Positions 1 through 8,835 of a stretch of 59,822 bases of DNA are shown piece after piece. A program made the position numbers and the translations under genes. The stretch is from an uncultured Mollicutes bacterium. GTDB lineage: Bacteria; Bacillota_I; Bacilli_A; RF39; UBA660. Below the pieces are notes generated by a model. The model had not been told where the DNA came from and searched no databases. It saw only the letters and a list, made by a program, of their open reading frames with translations. Location of the stretch: assembly GCA_945969495.1 (NCBI GenBank), contig CAMFOH010000002.1, positions 1 to 59,822 of the forward strand. Direction: 5' to 3'. The stretch's first letter is position 1, and every line of letters starts with the position of its first letter.

Positions 1-2
1 AT

Positions 3-215
3 AATAAAGATAGAAAAGTTTATCCACTTCCTATAATACTAGATGGAGAAGTACAATTTGATAATTTATACAATATTGGTAAAACTAAAAGATGGCTTTT
101 AAATACTATGTTAGATAAAAATATAAAAATTGAAGAAATATTTTATGCTTTCTCTAAAAATAATGATTTGTACATAATAAAAAATGATGAATTGAAAAAT
201 AAAAATGCTATTTAG
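3..215 (+). CDS. 3' end of a DUF421/YetF-family membrane protein (partial, runs off the window)
   Basis: Open frame from the window edge to TAG at 213-215. Translation ...VYPLPIILDGEVQFDNLYNIGKTKRWLLNTMLDKNIKIEEIFYAFSKNNDLYIIK resembles the YetF C-terminal domain. Confidence 0.45.
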   Translation, partial: NKDRKVYPLPIILDGEVQFDNLYNIGKTKRWLLNTMLDKNIKIEEIFYAFSKNNDLYIIKNDELKNKNAI

Positions 216-228
216 CATTTTTATTTTA
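201..228 (+). terminator. Intrinsic terminator
   Basis: AAAAATGC/GCATTTTT stem with a 6-nt loop, followed by a T-rich tract. It overlaps the stop codon. Confidence 0.6.
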
Positions 229-287
229 CATTCTTGTTTATTAAGCTTATGTGTGTTATAATCTATCTTGAAAATAGGAGGGGTATC

Positions 288-1016
288 ATGGATGAAAAAG
301 ATAGTGATGTAAAGCGGGCTTTAGATGATATCTTTGGTGATGATGTAATAGAAATAAACACAGAAACAAATATAGATAATAAAGAGCAATTAGATAAAAA
401 CTTAAGTAATGCTTTGCAAGATGTTATTGACTCTGAATTTGTTGAACCATCCTTACTTGAAGAAGATAACGTAAAAGATGAACCAATATTAGATTCAAAA
501 GAAAATGAAAGTTCATTTAATAAGAAAATACTAATTTATTTTATAGTAGGATTCGTAATTGGCTTGGTTTTTATTTATTTTATTGTTAATTATTTTACTG
601 GAAAAGAAAAGGTTGTTAATTGTTCGTATCAAGCTGAGGATGTAGGATATAAAGTTACTGATGAATATAAGATAACATATAAAAACGATAATATTTTATA
701 TGTTGAATCGGTATATAATTATATTGCAAAAAACGACGAGTATAAAACGCAGATTGAATATATAAAAAAGGAAAAGTTACCAGTTATTATTAATTCAAAC
801 GGAATGAGTGGTTTTACTTATATTTATGAAACTAGTGAGAACTTTTTTAAAGTTTCAGGATATCTTGATTTTACTTTATTTAACTATGATAAAATTAGCA
901 AAATTAATCAATCTATAACTCCAATTAGTTATTTTAAGATTGAATCAAAGCAAAGTTTTAAAGAATTATCTAAAAATTTAGAAAAACAAGGATATGTTTG
1001 TACAATAAGTAAATAA
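288..1016 (+). CDS. Single-pass membrane protein: acidic N-terminus, one TM, extracytoplasmic domain with two conserved Cys. Paralog of 4187..4942.
   Basis: AGGAGG at 276-281, 6 nt before ATG 288. TM segment ILIYFIVGFVIGLVFIYFIV. Motifs VVNCSY and GYVCTIS are shared with the paralog. Confidence 0.6.
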   Translation: MDEKDSDVKRALDDIFGDDVIEINTETNIDNKEQLDKNLSNALQDVIDSEFVEPSLLEEDNVKDEPILDSKENESSFNKKILIYFIVGFVIGLVFIYFIVNYFTGKEKVVNCSYQAEDVGYKVTDEYKITYKNDNILYVESVYNYIAKNDEYKTQIEYIKKEKLPVIINSNGMSGFTYIYETSENFFKVSGYLDFTLFNYDKISKINQSITPISYFKIESKQSFKELSKNLEKQGYVCTISK

Positions 1017-1076
1017 AAAAGCTTTAAATATTAAAAAAATATGATATAATAACGAAAGCAAAGGAAGTGTTTTAAT

Positions 1077-2585
1077 TTGAGAGAATTAACAGAGCAAGAA
1101 CAAGTAAGAAGAGGAAAATTAGAAAAAATTAAAGAGCTTGGATTAGATCCTTTTGGTCATTCGTTTAAGAGAACGGCTTTGGCTAGTGATATAAAAGAAA
1201 AATATCAAGACGTAGAACATGATGCATTCGAAAACATTAATGATGAATATACCGTTGCAGGAAGAATAATGTTTATAAGAAAAATGGGAAAGGCATCTTT
1301 TATAAGTATAAAAGATAAATCAGGTTCTATCCAAGTTTATATTTCAATAAATGATGTTGGCGAAGATAGTTATAACTTATTTAAATCAGCCGATTTAGGA
1401 GATATTGTTGGAATCCATGGTAAAGTTATGAAAACAAGAACGGGTGAGGTTACCATTAAGTGTTTAAAATACACTCATTTGGTTAAGGCATTAAAACCAT
1501 TACCTGAAAAATTTCATGGTTTAACTGATAAGGAAGAAAGATATAGAAGACGCTACGTTGATTTAATAATGAATGACGAGTCAAGAAAAGTTGCGTTTAT
1601 GAGACCAAAAATCATAAGATGCATTCAAAACTTTTTGGATGAAAAAGGTTTTTGTGAGGTTGAAACACCGATTTTAACAACTCTTTTAACAGGTGCATCA
1701 GCAAGACCATTTGTTACTCATCATAATACGCAAGATTTAGATATGTACTTACGTATAGCATTAGAACTTAATTTAAAAAGGTTACTTGTTGGCGGAATGG
1801 AAAAGGTATATGAAATTGGTAGAACATTTAGGAACGAAGGAATGGATCCTCAACATAATCCTGAATTTACCATGATGGAAGTTTATGAAGCATACTCTGA
1901 TTTAGAAGGTATGATGGATTTAACAGAGGAAATGTATCAAACAATAGCGAAGGAAGTTTGTGGCAAAACAACGTTTAATTATTTAGGAAACGAAATTAAT
2001 TTAGATGGAAAATGGAAAAGAATTTCTATGGTTGATGCAATAAAGGAAAAAACTGGTATTGATTTTAAAAAGGAAATGACCGTAGAAGAGGCTTTAAAAT
2101 TAGCTAGTGAACATAATATAGAAGTTCAAGAACATGAAAAAAGTGTTGGGCATATAATTAATTTATTTTTTGAAAAATATGTTGAAGAAACACTTATTCA
2201 ACCAACTTTCTTATATGGACATCCAATAGAAATATCACCTCTTACAAAGAAAAATCCTGATGATCCAAGATTTGTTGATAGATTTGAATTATTCATCTCA
2301 GGGCATGAATGTGCAAATGCATATACCGAGTTAAATGATCCAATTGATCAATTAGAAAGGTTTGAATCACAATTAAAGGAAAAAGAACTTGGTAATGATG
2401 AAGCAAATGATATTGATATGGATTTTGTTGAAGCCTTAGAGTATGGAATGCCTCCAGCAGGTGGTATAGGTTATGGAATTGATCGTTTAATAATGCTATT
2501 TACTGAGCAATCATCAATAAGAGACGTATTATTGTTTCCTCTTATGAAACCTGAAAATGATATTAGAATTGAAAAGAAAGATTAA
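1077..2585 (+). CDS. lysS: Lysyl-tRNA synthetase, class II
   Basis: TTG start after AAAGGAAG. Extended -10 TGaTATAAT at 1042-1050. Class II motifs FRNEG and GGIGYGIDRL. N-terminal OB-fold region. Confidence 0.95.
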   Translation: MRELTEQEQVRRGKLEKIKELGLDPFGHSFKRTALASDIKEKYQDVEHDAFENINDEYTVAGRIMFIRKMGKASFISIKDKSGSIQVYISINDVGEDSYNLFKSADLGDIVGIHGKVMKTRTGEVTIKCLKYTHLVKALKPLPEKFHGLTDKEERYRRRYVDLIMNDESRKVAFMRPKIIRCIQNFLDEKGFCEVETPILTTLLTGASARPFVTHHNTQDLDMYLRIALELNLKRLLVGGMEKVYEIGRTFRNEGMDPQHNPEFTMMEVYEAYSDLEGMMDLTEEMYQTIAKEVCGKTTFNYLGNEINLDGKWKRISMVDAIKEKTGIDFKKEMTVEEALKLASEHNIEVQEHEKSVGHIINLFFEKYVEETLIQPTFLYGHPIEISPLTKKNPDDPRFVDRFELFISGHECANAYTELNDPIDQLERFESQLKEKELGNDEANDIDMDFVEALEYGMPPAGGIGYGIDRLIMLFTEQSSIRDVLLFPLMKPENDIRIEKKD

Positions 2586-2664
2586 ATTCTTTCTTTTTTT
2601 ATTTTCTTTATAAACTAAGTATGTTATAATTAAATGGTAATAATGAAGTATAAGGAGTAGTTTT

Positions 2665-3293
2665 ATGTTTATTGGAGTTTATAATTTATCTGTTTTTTTA
2701 ACAATATTGGGCTTTCATTTTCTGTTGTAGGAATGGCACTTGCGTTTTTAGGATTTATTCCAGCAGCTATTATGTGCCTTATTTTATCTGGCGTTTGCGA
2801 CATGTTTGATGGTACTGTTGCAAGAGCATGTAAAAGAACTGAAAGAGAAAAAAAGTTTGGTGTTCAAATTGATTCATTAGTTGATACTGTTTCGTTTGGA
2901 GTTTTTCCAGTGGTTTTAGGGATATGTATGGGATTTACAAGCAGAATAAATATTATAATTTATGTAATATATGTTTTAGCAGCTGTTATTAGGCTTGCAT
3001 ATTTTAATGTCTTGGCAGAGGAAAAAAGTCTTTTACCAAAAAAGGGAAAACATTCATGTTACTATGGGTTGCCAGTTACTAGTATTGCTATAATATTACC
3101 TTTTACATATAATTTAAACATCTTTTTACATCCAATTATTTTTGTTAAGGCATTTCCTTTAGTAATGCTTGTTGTTGCAATATTGTTTGTCCTTAATTTT
3201 AGAATTAAAAAACCAACTGGTATTTGGTTTGTAATTTGTTCTTTACTAGCGGTAATTGAAATAGCTATAATATCCGCATCAATGATATGGTAA
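2665..3293 (+). pseudogene. pssA: CDP-diacylglycerol-serine O-phosphatidyltransferase (PssA) with an apparent 1-nt frameshift near 2709-2712. May be a sequencing error rather than a true pseudogene.
   Basis: TAAGGAG RBS plus ATG 2665 encodes MFIGVYNLSVFLTILGFHFLL*, a typical clostridial PssA N-terminus. The frame -1 relative to it continues LSFSVVGMALAF...CDMFDGTVARACKRTEREKKFGVQIDSLVD (CDP-alcohol transferase motif) to 3293. Confidence 0.6.
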
Positions 3294-4129
3294 GAAAAGT
3301 AGTTAGCGATGATCCTAAAAAGGGATTATCATTTTTATATAATACAAAATTAGGAAGAATAATATTAAAACCATTAGTTGCAAATAAATTATTAAGCACA
3401 ATTGTAGGACATATATTAGATAGTAAGTTATCTTGCCTTATTATAAAGCCTTTTATAAGAAAAAATAAGATAAAAATAGATGATTTCGAACGTAAAAAGT
3501 ATTATAGTTTTAATGACTTTTTTATTCGTAAAATAAAACCCGAAAAAAGAAATATTATAAAGGACAAAAATGCATTTATATCACCTTGTGATTCAAAACT
3601 TACGGTTTATAATATAAATGATGAAACTATGTTTAAAATAAAAAATACAATATATAGTGTATCATCCCTTATAATGGACAATGCTTTAGCTAATGAATAT
3701 ATTAATGGATATGCTTTAGTTTATAGGCTATCTCCAGAGGATTATCATAGATATTGCTTTATAGATGATGGAGAAGTTACGAAAAATTATAAAATAAGTG
3801 GAAAGTTTCATACCGTGAATCCTATTGTTTATGATAAGTTTGAGGTTTTTAAAGAAAATACAAGAGAATGCACTATTGTTAAAACTAGGAATTTTGGTCA
3901 ACTAATGTATGTTGAAGTAGGAGCTTTACTGGTTGGTAAAATCAATAATCATGATGTCTTTAAATTTAAAAAAGGTGAGGAAAAAGGTTATTTTATGTAT
4001 GGAGGTTCAACCGTTATTATCCTAATAAAAAAGAATATTGTAAAAATTGATTCTGATATATTAGAAAATTCAAAAAATGGGTATGAAACTTATGTTAGAT
4101 TTGGAGAAAAAATTGGAGAAAAAATATAA
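3287..4129 (+). CDS. psd: Phosphatidylserine decarboxylase proenzyme
   Basis: The ATG overlaps the pssA stop. The Psd self-cleavage-type motif appears as YGGSTVI near the C-terminus. Length 280 aa. Confidence 0.9.
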   Translation: MVRKVVSDDPKKGLSFLYNTKLGRIILKPLVANKLLSTIVGHILDSKLSCLIIKPFIRKNKIKIDDFERKKYYSFNDFFIRKIKPEKRNIIKDKNAFISPCDSKLTVYNINDETMFKIKNTIYSVSSLIMDNALANEYINGYALVYRLSPEDYHRYCFIDDGEVTKNYKISGKFHTVNPIVYDKFEVFKENTRECTIVKTRNFGQLMYVEVGALLVGKINNHDVFKFKKGEEKGYFMYGGSTVIILIKKNIVKIDSDILENSKNGYETYVRFGEKIGEKI

Positions 4130-4186
4130 ATTTAATTTTTAAATAAAAAAGATTGTGTTATTATAATAATATAAGGAGTGATACTG

Positions 4187-4942
4187 ATGGATGAAAATGA
4201 AAAAAATAAAGATAGAACTGATGAAATTAATTTAGAAGCTGAAAAAGAAATAAAAGAAACTGATGATTTAACAAGAGAAATTAATTTAGATGAACTATAT
4301 GATGGAGCTGTTAATAATACAGTAGTAATAGATCCAATAACCAATGATGAAGTATTACTTCAAAATAAAAAAACTAATTATACTTTGTTAGGTGTTGTTT
4401 TGGCGATTTGTGTTTTGCTCATTTTATATTATGTTAGTAATAAAACTGATTTGGGTAAAACTACTAAAGATGTTGAACCTAAAACAACAACTACGGTTTT
4501 ACAAACGGAAAAAAGAGAAACAAAAACTGGAGTGTTAACTTGTAATTATATTTCAAAAAGTGATGCTGAAACGCAGACAGTATCATTTGTTGCAAATTAT
4601 GATAATAATAATTTAATTAGTAGTAAATTTAACTATGTTGTTATTTCAAATTTAGGAACTACCACTGCTGTTATTGAGGATTTAAAAGACCAATATGAGA
4701 CTTTTTATATAAATAATGCATCAGTTATAGGGAATAATGTAACTTTTGAAAAAAATGATAGTGGGTTTACGTTTAATGTTGAAACCGATTACAATAATGC
4801 TGACTTTGATAAGATTGTAATTATAGATGGTAAAACAATATTATATGTTAAACCATCAAGTGCTGATACGTATGAATCACTTTTAAATTTATATACTCAA
4901 AAAGGCTTTAATTGTACTATTTCTTCAAACGATGGTGTCTAA
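4187..4942 (+). CDS. Single-pass membrane protein, paralog of 288..1016
   Basis: AAGGAG at 4173-4178, 8 nt before ATG 4187. Acidic N-terminus and TM LLGVVLAICVLLILYYV. Motifs VLTCNY and GFNCTIS. Confidence 0.6.
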   Translation: MDENEKNKDRTDEINLEAEKEIKETDDLTREINLDELYDGAVNNTVVIDPITNDEVLLQNKKTNYTLLGVVLAICVLLILYYVSNKTDLGKTTKDVEPKTTTTVLQTEKRETKTGVLTCNYISKSDAETQTVSFVANYDNNNLISSKFNYVVISNLGTTTAVIEDLKDQYETFYINNASVIGNNVTFEKNDSGFTFNVETDYNNADFDKIVIIDGKTILYVKPSSADTYESLLNLYTQKGFNCTISSNDGV

Positions 4943-4943
4943 A

Positions 4944-5132
4944 ATGAAAAAAGATGGTGCAAGTAGTAAAAAAAATTTAAAACAGCTTACTATCGGTATG
5001 ATAGTGTTAGATTTTGTTGCTCTTTTAAATCTTTTAATTCAAATATATTTAAATGATGTTTCATATTCTTCATACATAGTACTTTTGTTATGTAATTTAA
5101 TTGTTTTTGTAACTTATAAAAGAAATAAATAA
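4944..5132 (+). CDS. Small 2-TM membrane protein (62 aa), unknown function
   Basis: ATG lies 1 nt after the upstream stop. Hydrophobic segments LTIGMIVLDFVALLNLLIQIY and IVLLLCNLIVFV. Weak SD. Confidence 0.4.
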   Translation: MKKDGASSKKNLKQLTIGMIVLDFVALLNLLIQIYLNDVSYSSYIVLLLCNLIVFVTYKRNK

Positions 5133-5142
5133 AAGGCCGTTT

Positions 5143-6444
5143 TCATGTTCTTTTATTTATTTCTTTTAAAACTATTATTAAGACTAATGAAGTTGTAACT
5201 AATATTCCGGTTATGATAGCAAATATAAGGGAGTTCATTCCAAAACCTAACATACCACTTATAAAAAGTACTAAGTATTTTAATATTGTAGATGTTAAAG
5301 ATACATAAAATAATTTATTGGTTTTTCCTGTTGCCTGAATTGCGACTGATAGTGCTGGTTGCATATATAATAACAAGAAAAATGGTCCAATTAAGTAAAT
5401 ATAATTGACTCCAAAACTAATTTTATATATTATTTTTAAAATTTTGTATGGAAATAGCATTATTGCTCCTAGGCATATTATTCCGATTAATATTGAAAGA
5501 ATTATTAATTTTAATAACTTACTATTAAATTCTTTATATTTTTTATTTGTATATGCTTTTGTTATATTTGGAAGTAGTGCTGATGCTATTGAAGTTGAGA
5601 AAAACGTAGGCATAGAAAGAAGGGGAATAATGTAAGAATTTATTATTCCGTATTCCAAAGTTATATAATTAGTAGAATATCCATTTTTTACTAATACATA
5701 TGTTAATATTATTGGCTCTAAAAAGAATCCCATAGATGAGATAAGTCTAACTAAAGTAGTAGGTAAAGATATTTTTATAATATCTTTTAAAATTTTTTTG
5801 TTTGCTTTTACTTTATCTTTTTTTAAATATTTTTTTATTGAATGATTCATTATCATGATACTTGATGATTCAGTTATTATATTAAATAAAATCATTGCTA
5901 TTATTGCACATATATTTGATTTTAAAACGGCAATTGGTAGTATTATTATAATAAGAATGATTTTTATTATTTCTTCTGTAATGTTCGTAACTGATGCAGG
6001 CAGCATGTTTTCTTTTCCATGTAAAAATCCTCTTTGTATACTAGAAATAGTTATAAACGGAAGAATTAAAACAATTGACGTTATAGCTTTATATAAAATT
6101 TCGTTGTGGAGCATTTTTGCAATTGTTCTTGAAGACAATAATATTAATATCATCATTATAATATCAATTATAAAACCAATAAAATAAGCTGTTACTAAAA
6201 GAGTTTTATTATCGTGTTTTCCTTCTGCGGCAAGCTTACTAATTGATATTGGAAAAGAAAACTGGCAAATTGATATAATAAGCATAAACGTTGGCGTTAT
6301 AAGGGTGTAAAGACCTACTATGTTAACACCGGCTGTTCTTGTATATACAATTTTTCCAATCATTCCAATTATTTTTGCAATAGCACCAGATATTAATAAA
6401 ATAAATATGTTTTTTATAAGTATGTTATTTTTTAATTTGTTCAT
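5143..6444 (-). CDS. MOP-superfamily flippase (SpoVB/MurJ-like polysaccharide biosynthesis protein)
   Basis: 433 aa and polytopic. The N-terminus LISGAIAKIIGMIGKIVYTRTAGVNIVGLYTLITP...PISISKLAAEG resembles SpoVB/MurJ. It is shorter than B. subtilis SpoVB. Confidence 0.6.
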   Translation of the reverse strand: MNKLKNNILIKNIFILLISGAIAKIIGMIGKIVYTRTAGVNIVGLYTLITPTFMLIISICQFSFPISISKLAAEGKHDNKTLLVTAYFIGFIIDIIMMILILLSSRTIAKMLHNEILYKAITSIVLILPFITISSIQRGFLHGKENMLPASVTNITEEIIKIILIIIILPIAVLKSNICAIIAMILFNIITESSSIMIMNHSIKKYLKKDKVKANKKILKDIIKISLPTTLVRLISSMGFFLEPIILTYVLVKNGYSTNYITLEYGIINSYIIPLLSMPTFFSTSIASALLPNITKAYTNKKYKEFNSKLLKLIILSILIGIICLGAIMLFPYKILKIIYKISFGVNYIYLIGPFFLLLYMQPALSVAIQATGKTNKLFYVSLTSTILKYLVLFISGMLGFGMNSLIFAIITGILVTTSLVLIIVLKEINKRT

Positions 6445-6656
6445 GATAAATTATATGGTTTTATTCACTTTAGTTTTACAGTTAGTTTTTTATAAATTTT
6501 TAAAAAATATTTATTTTGGTATATTAAAATTTTAAAAATCATTAGAATTTATGGTCTTTTTTCTTTTTAGCTTTGCTTTTATAATATATATGTTATATAA
6601 TAATTAATGTGATAATGATATGAATAATATTATATTTTATTTAAAGGAAGGTAAAT

Positions 6657-8822
6657 ATGAAAAAGAAGTTTATTAAAAGATTACTTATGTTTTTAGTGGT
6701 TATAGTAATGTTTAGTATAATTTATATACCACTTTTTAAAGACATGAAATTTGGACTTGATTTAAAAGGTGGATTTGAAGTTTTATATCAAGTTAAAAGA
6801 AGCGATGGTAAAAAACTTACCTCAAGTGATATGAATAGCACTTATGATGTTTTAAAAAGAAACGTAGATTCTCTTGGTGTATCAGAGCCAGAAATAACAA
6901 TGGAAGGAACTGATAGAATAAGGGTTAAACTAGCAGGAGTAACTGATATAGAAGGAGCAAGAAAAGCTTTATCTAACGTTGCAAACGTATCTTTTAGGGA
7001 CGTTGAAGATAAGCTATTGATGGATTCTAGTGTTATTAAAGGTGCTAAATTATCCTATGACGATGCCGGAAATCCTGCAATATCACTTCAAGTTGCAGAT
7101 AAAGAAAAATTTTTAAAAGCAACAACTACCGTTAGTGAAAAACAAGATGGAAAAAACGTAATGGTTATATGGTATAATTTCGAAAATGGAGTTAATTCAT
7201 ATGCTAAAGATGGTGATACTTGTGGTAATGAAGGAAGTGTATGTTTATCTGCTGCTACCGTTTCTCAAGGATTTTCTAGTGATGTTATTATAACTGGAAA
7301 CTTTACTAAAGAAGAAGCGGAAAGTTTAGCAACGAGTATAAATGCTGGATCTATTTCAACTAAGCTAACTGAAATTTCTTCGCAAAATGTTAACGCATCA
7401 TACGGAGAAGGAGTTTTAACTAAAACTCTTACTGCGGGTTTAATTGGTATGATTTTAGTCATATTATTTATGACAATACTATATAAATTTTCTGGATTTA
7501 TTTCTGGTATTAATCTATTACTATACATGCTTTTAGTAATGGCTGTGTTCTGGTTAATTGGAGGTGTATTAACTTTACCTGGAATTGCTGCTTTAGTATT
7601 AGGTATTGGTATGGCAGTTGATTCATGTGTTGTAACTAACGAACGAATAAAAGAAGAATTAAATCAGGGTAAGAGTTTAAAAACAGCTTATGAACAAGGA
7701 AATAATCAGTCACTAAGTAGTATTTTTGATGCAAACGTAACAACTTTAATTGTGGCAATCGTGTTATTCATTTTTGGAGAAAGCTCGATAAAAGGCTTTG
7801 CAACGATGCTAATGATTACTATATTTGCAACAATGTTTATAATGGTATTTATAAATAGAAAAGTGTTAAAGTTGTTTGTTAATACTAAAATGTTTGATAA
7901 TAAGCCTAATTCATTTATTAGATATGAAAAGAAGAATCATAAAGAATTTAAGAAAAAAAATATTGATTCAATTGGTTTAATTAAAAAATGCTTTTGTATA
8001 ACTATCATATATTTAATAATAGGAATTGTTTGTATTTTAATTAATGGTTTAAATCTTGGTATTGATTTTAGATCTGGATCAGACATAACGTTAAGTGCGG
8101 ATAATATAACAGTAAGCAAAGTAAAAAAAGATATACAAAACATGGGATATAAAATAGTTTCTATTAACAAACAAGAAAATGATGAAATTTACATAAGATT
8201 AAATGATGAACTTAAAGAGGATGGCATTAATAAAGTAAATAATTATTTTGAAGAAAAATATAATGCTAAATCAGAAATTAACGTTGTAACAAACTTAGTT
8301 AAACAAGAACTTATTAAAAATGCAATATATTCCGTTTTAATAGCTTCTATTGCAATTATAATTTATATTTCAATAAGGTTTAAGTTAAGTTATGCAATAT
8401 CATCTATTTTAGCACTTTTGCATGATGTATTGTTTGTTATAATTATGTTTTCTTTACTTAAGATTGAAGTTAATGTAATTTTTATAGCAGCCATACTTAC
8501 AATAGTAGGTTACTCAATTAATAATACGATCGTTGTCTTTGATAGGATAAGAGAAAACATGAAAACATTTAAGAAAAATCTTACTTTAAATGAACTTAAA
8601 AACGTAGTAAATAAAAGTATTTCAGAAACGTTTAACCGAGCACTTTATACAACGATTACTACTTTGATTCCTGTTATATGTTTAATAATAATAGGATCAA
8701 AAGGAATTTTACCATTTAATATTGCTCTTATTTTTGGACTTTTGGCAGGTACTTATTCATCAATTTTACTTGCTGGACAAATTTGGTATGTAATTGAAAA
8801 AAGAAAATGTAAAAAACAATAA
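6657..8822 (+). CDS. secDF: Fused protein translocase subunit SecDF
   Basis: 721 aa. The SecD-type start GLDLKGG is followed by a periplasmic domain, 6 TM, a SecF-type GIDFRSG segment and another 6 TM. Confidence 0.92.
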   Translation: MKKKFIKRLLMFLVVIVMFSIIYIPLFKDMKFGLDLKGGFEVLYQVKRSDGKKLTSSDMNSTYDVLKRNVDSLGVSEPEITMEGTDRIRVKLAGVTDIEGARKALSNVANVSFRDVEDKLLMDSSVIKGAKLSYDDAGNPAISLQVADKEKFLKATTTVSEKQDGKNVMVIWYNFENGVNSYAKDGDTCGNEGSVCLSAATVSQGFSSDVIITGNFTKEEAESLATSINAGSISTKLTEISSQNVNASYGEGVLTKTLTAGLIGMILVILFMTILYKFSGFISGINLLLYMLLVMAVFWLIGGVLTLPGIAALVLGIGMAVDSCVVTNERIKEELNQGKSLKTAYEQGNNQSLSSIFDANVTTLIVAIVLFIFGESSIKGFATMLMITIFATMFIMVFINRKVLKLFVNTKMFDNKPNSFIRYEKKNHKEFKKKNIDSIGLIKKCFCITIIYLIIGIVCILINGLNLGIDFRSGSDITLSADNITVSKVKKDIQNMGYKIVSINKQENDEIYIRLNDELKEDGINKVNNYFEEKYNAKSEINVVTNLVKQELIKNAIYSVLIASIAIIIYISIRFKLSYAISSILALLHDVLFVIIMFSLLKIEVNVIFIAAILTIVGYSINNTIVVFDRIRENMKTFKKNLTLNELKNVVNKSISETFNRALYTTITTLIPVICLIIIGSKGILPFNIALIFGLLAGTYSSILLAGQIWYVIEKRKCKKQ

Positions 8823-8835
8823 AGAAGGATGATTA

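Noticed and set aside
4132-4344. Minus-strand 70-aa ORF overlapping the start of 4187..4942
   Set aside because: It is antisense to a gene with a strong RBS, has a low-complexity Ser/Phe-rich translation, and has no RBS of its own.
5405-6535. Plus-strand ORFs 5405..5635, 5855..6187 and 6320..6535 inside or antisense to the flippase gene
   Set aside because: These are shadow ORFs antisense to a well-supported polytopic membrane gene. They have no SD sequences. Ile/Phe/Asn-rich translations are typical of AT-rich antisense frames.
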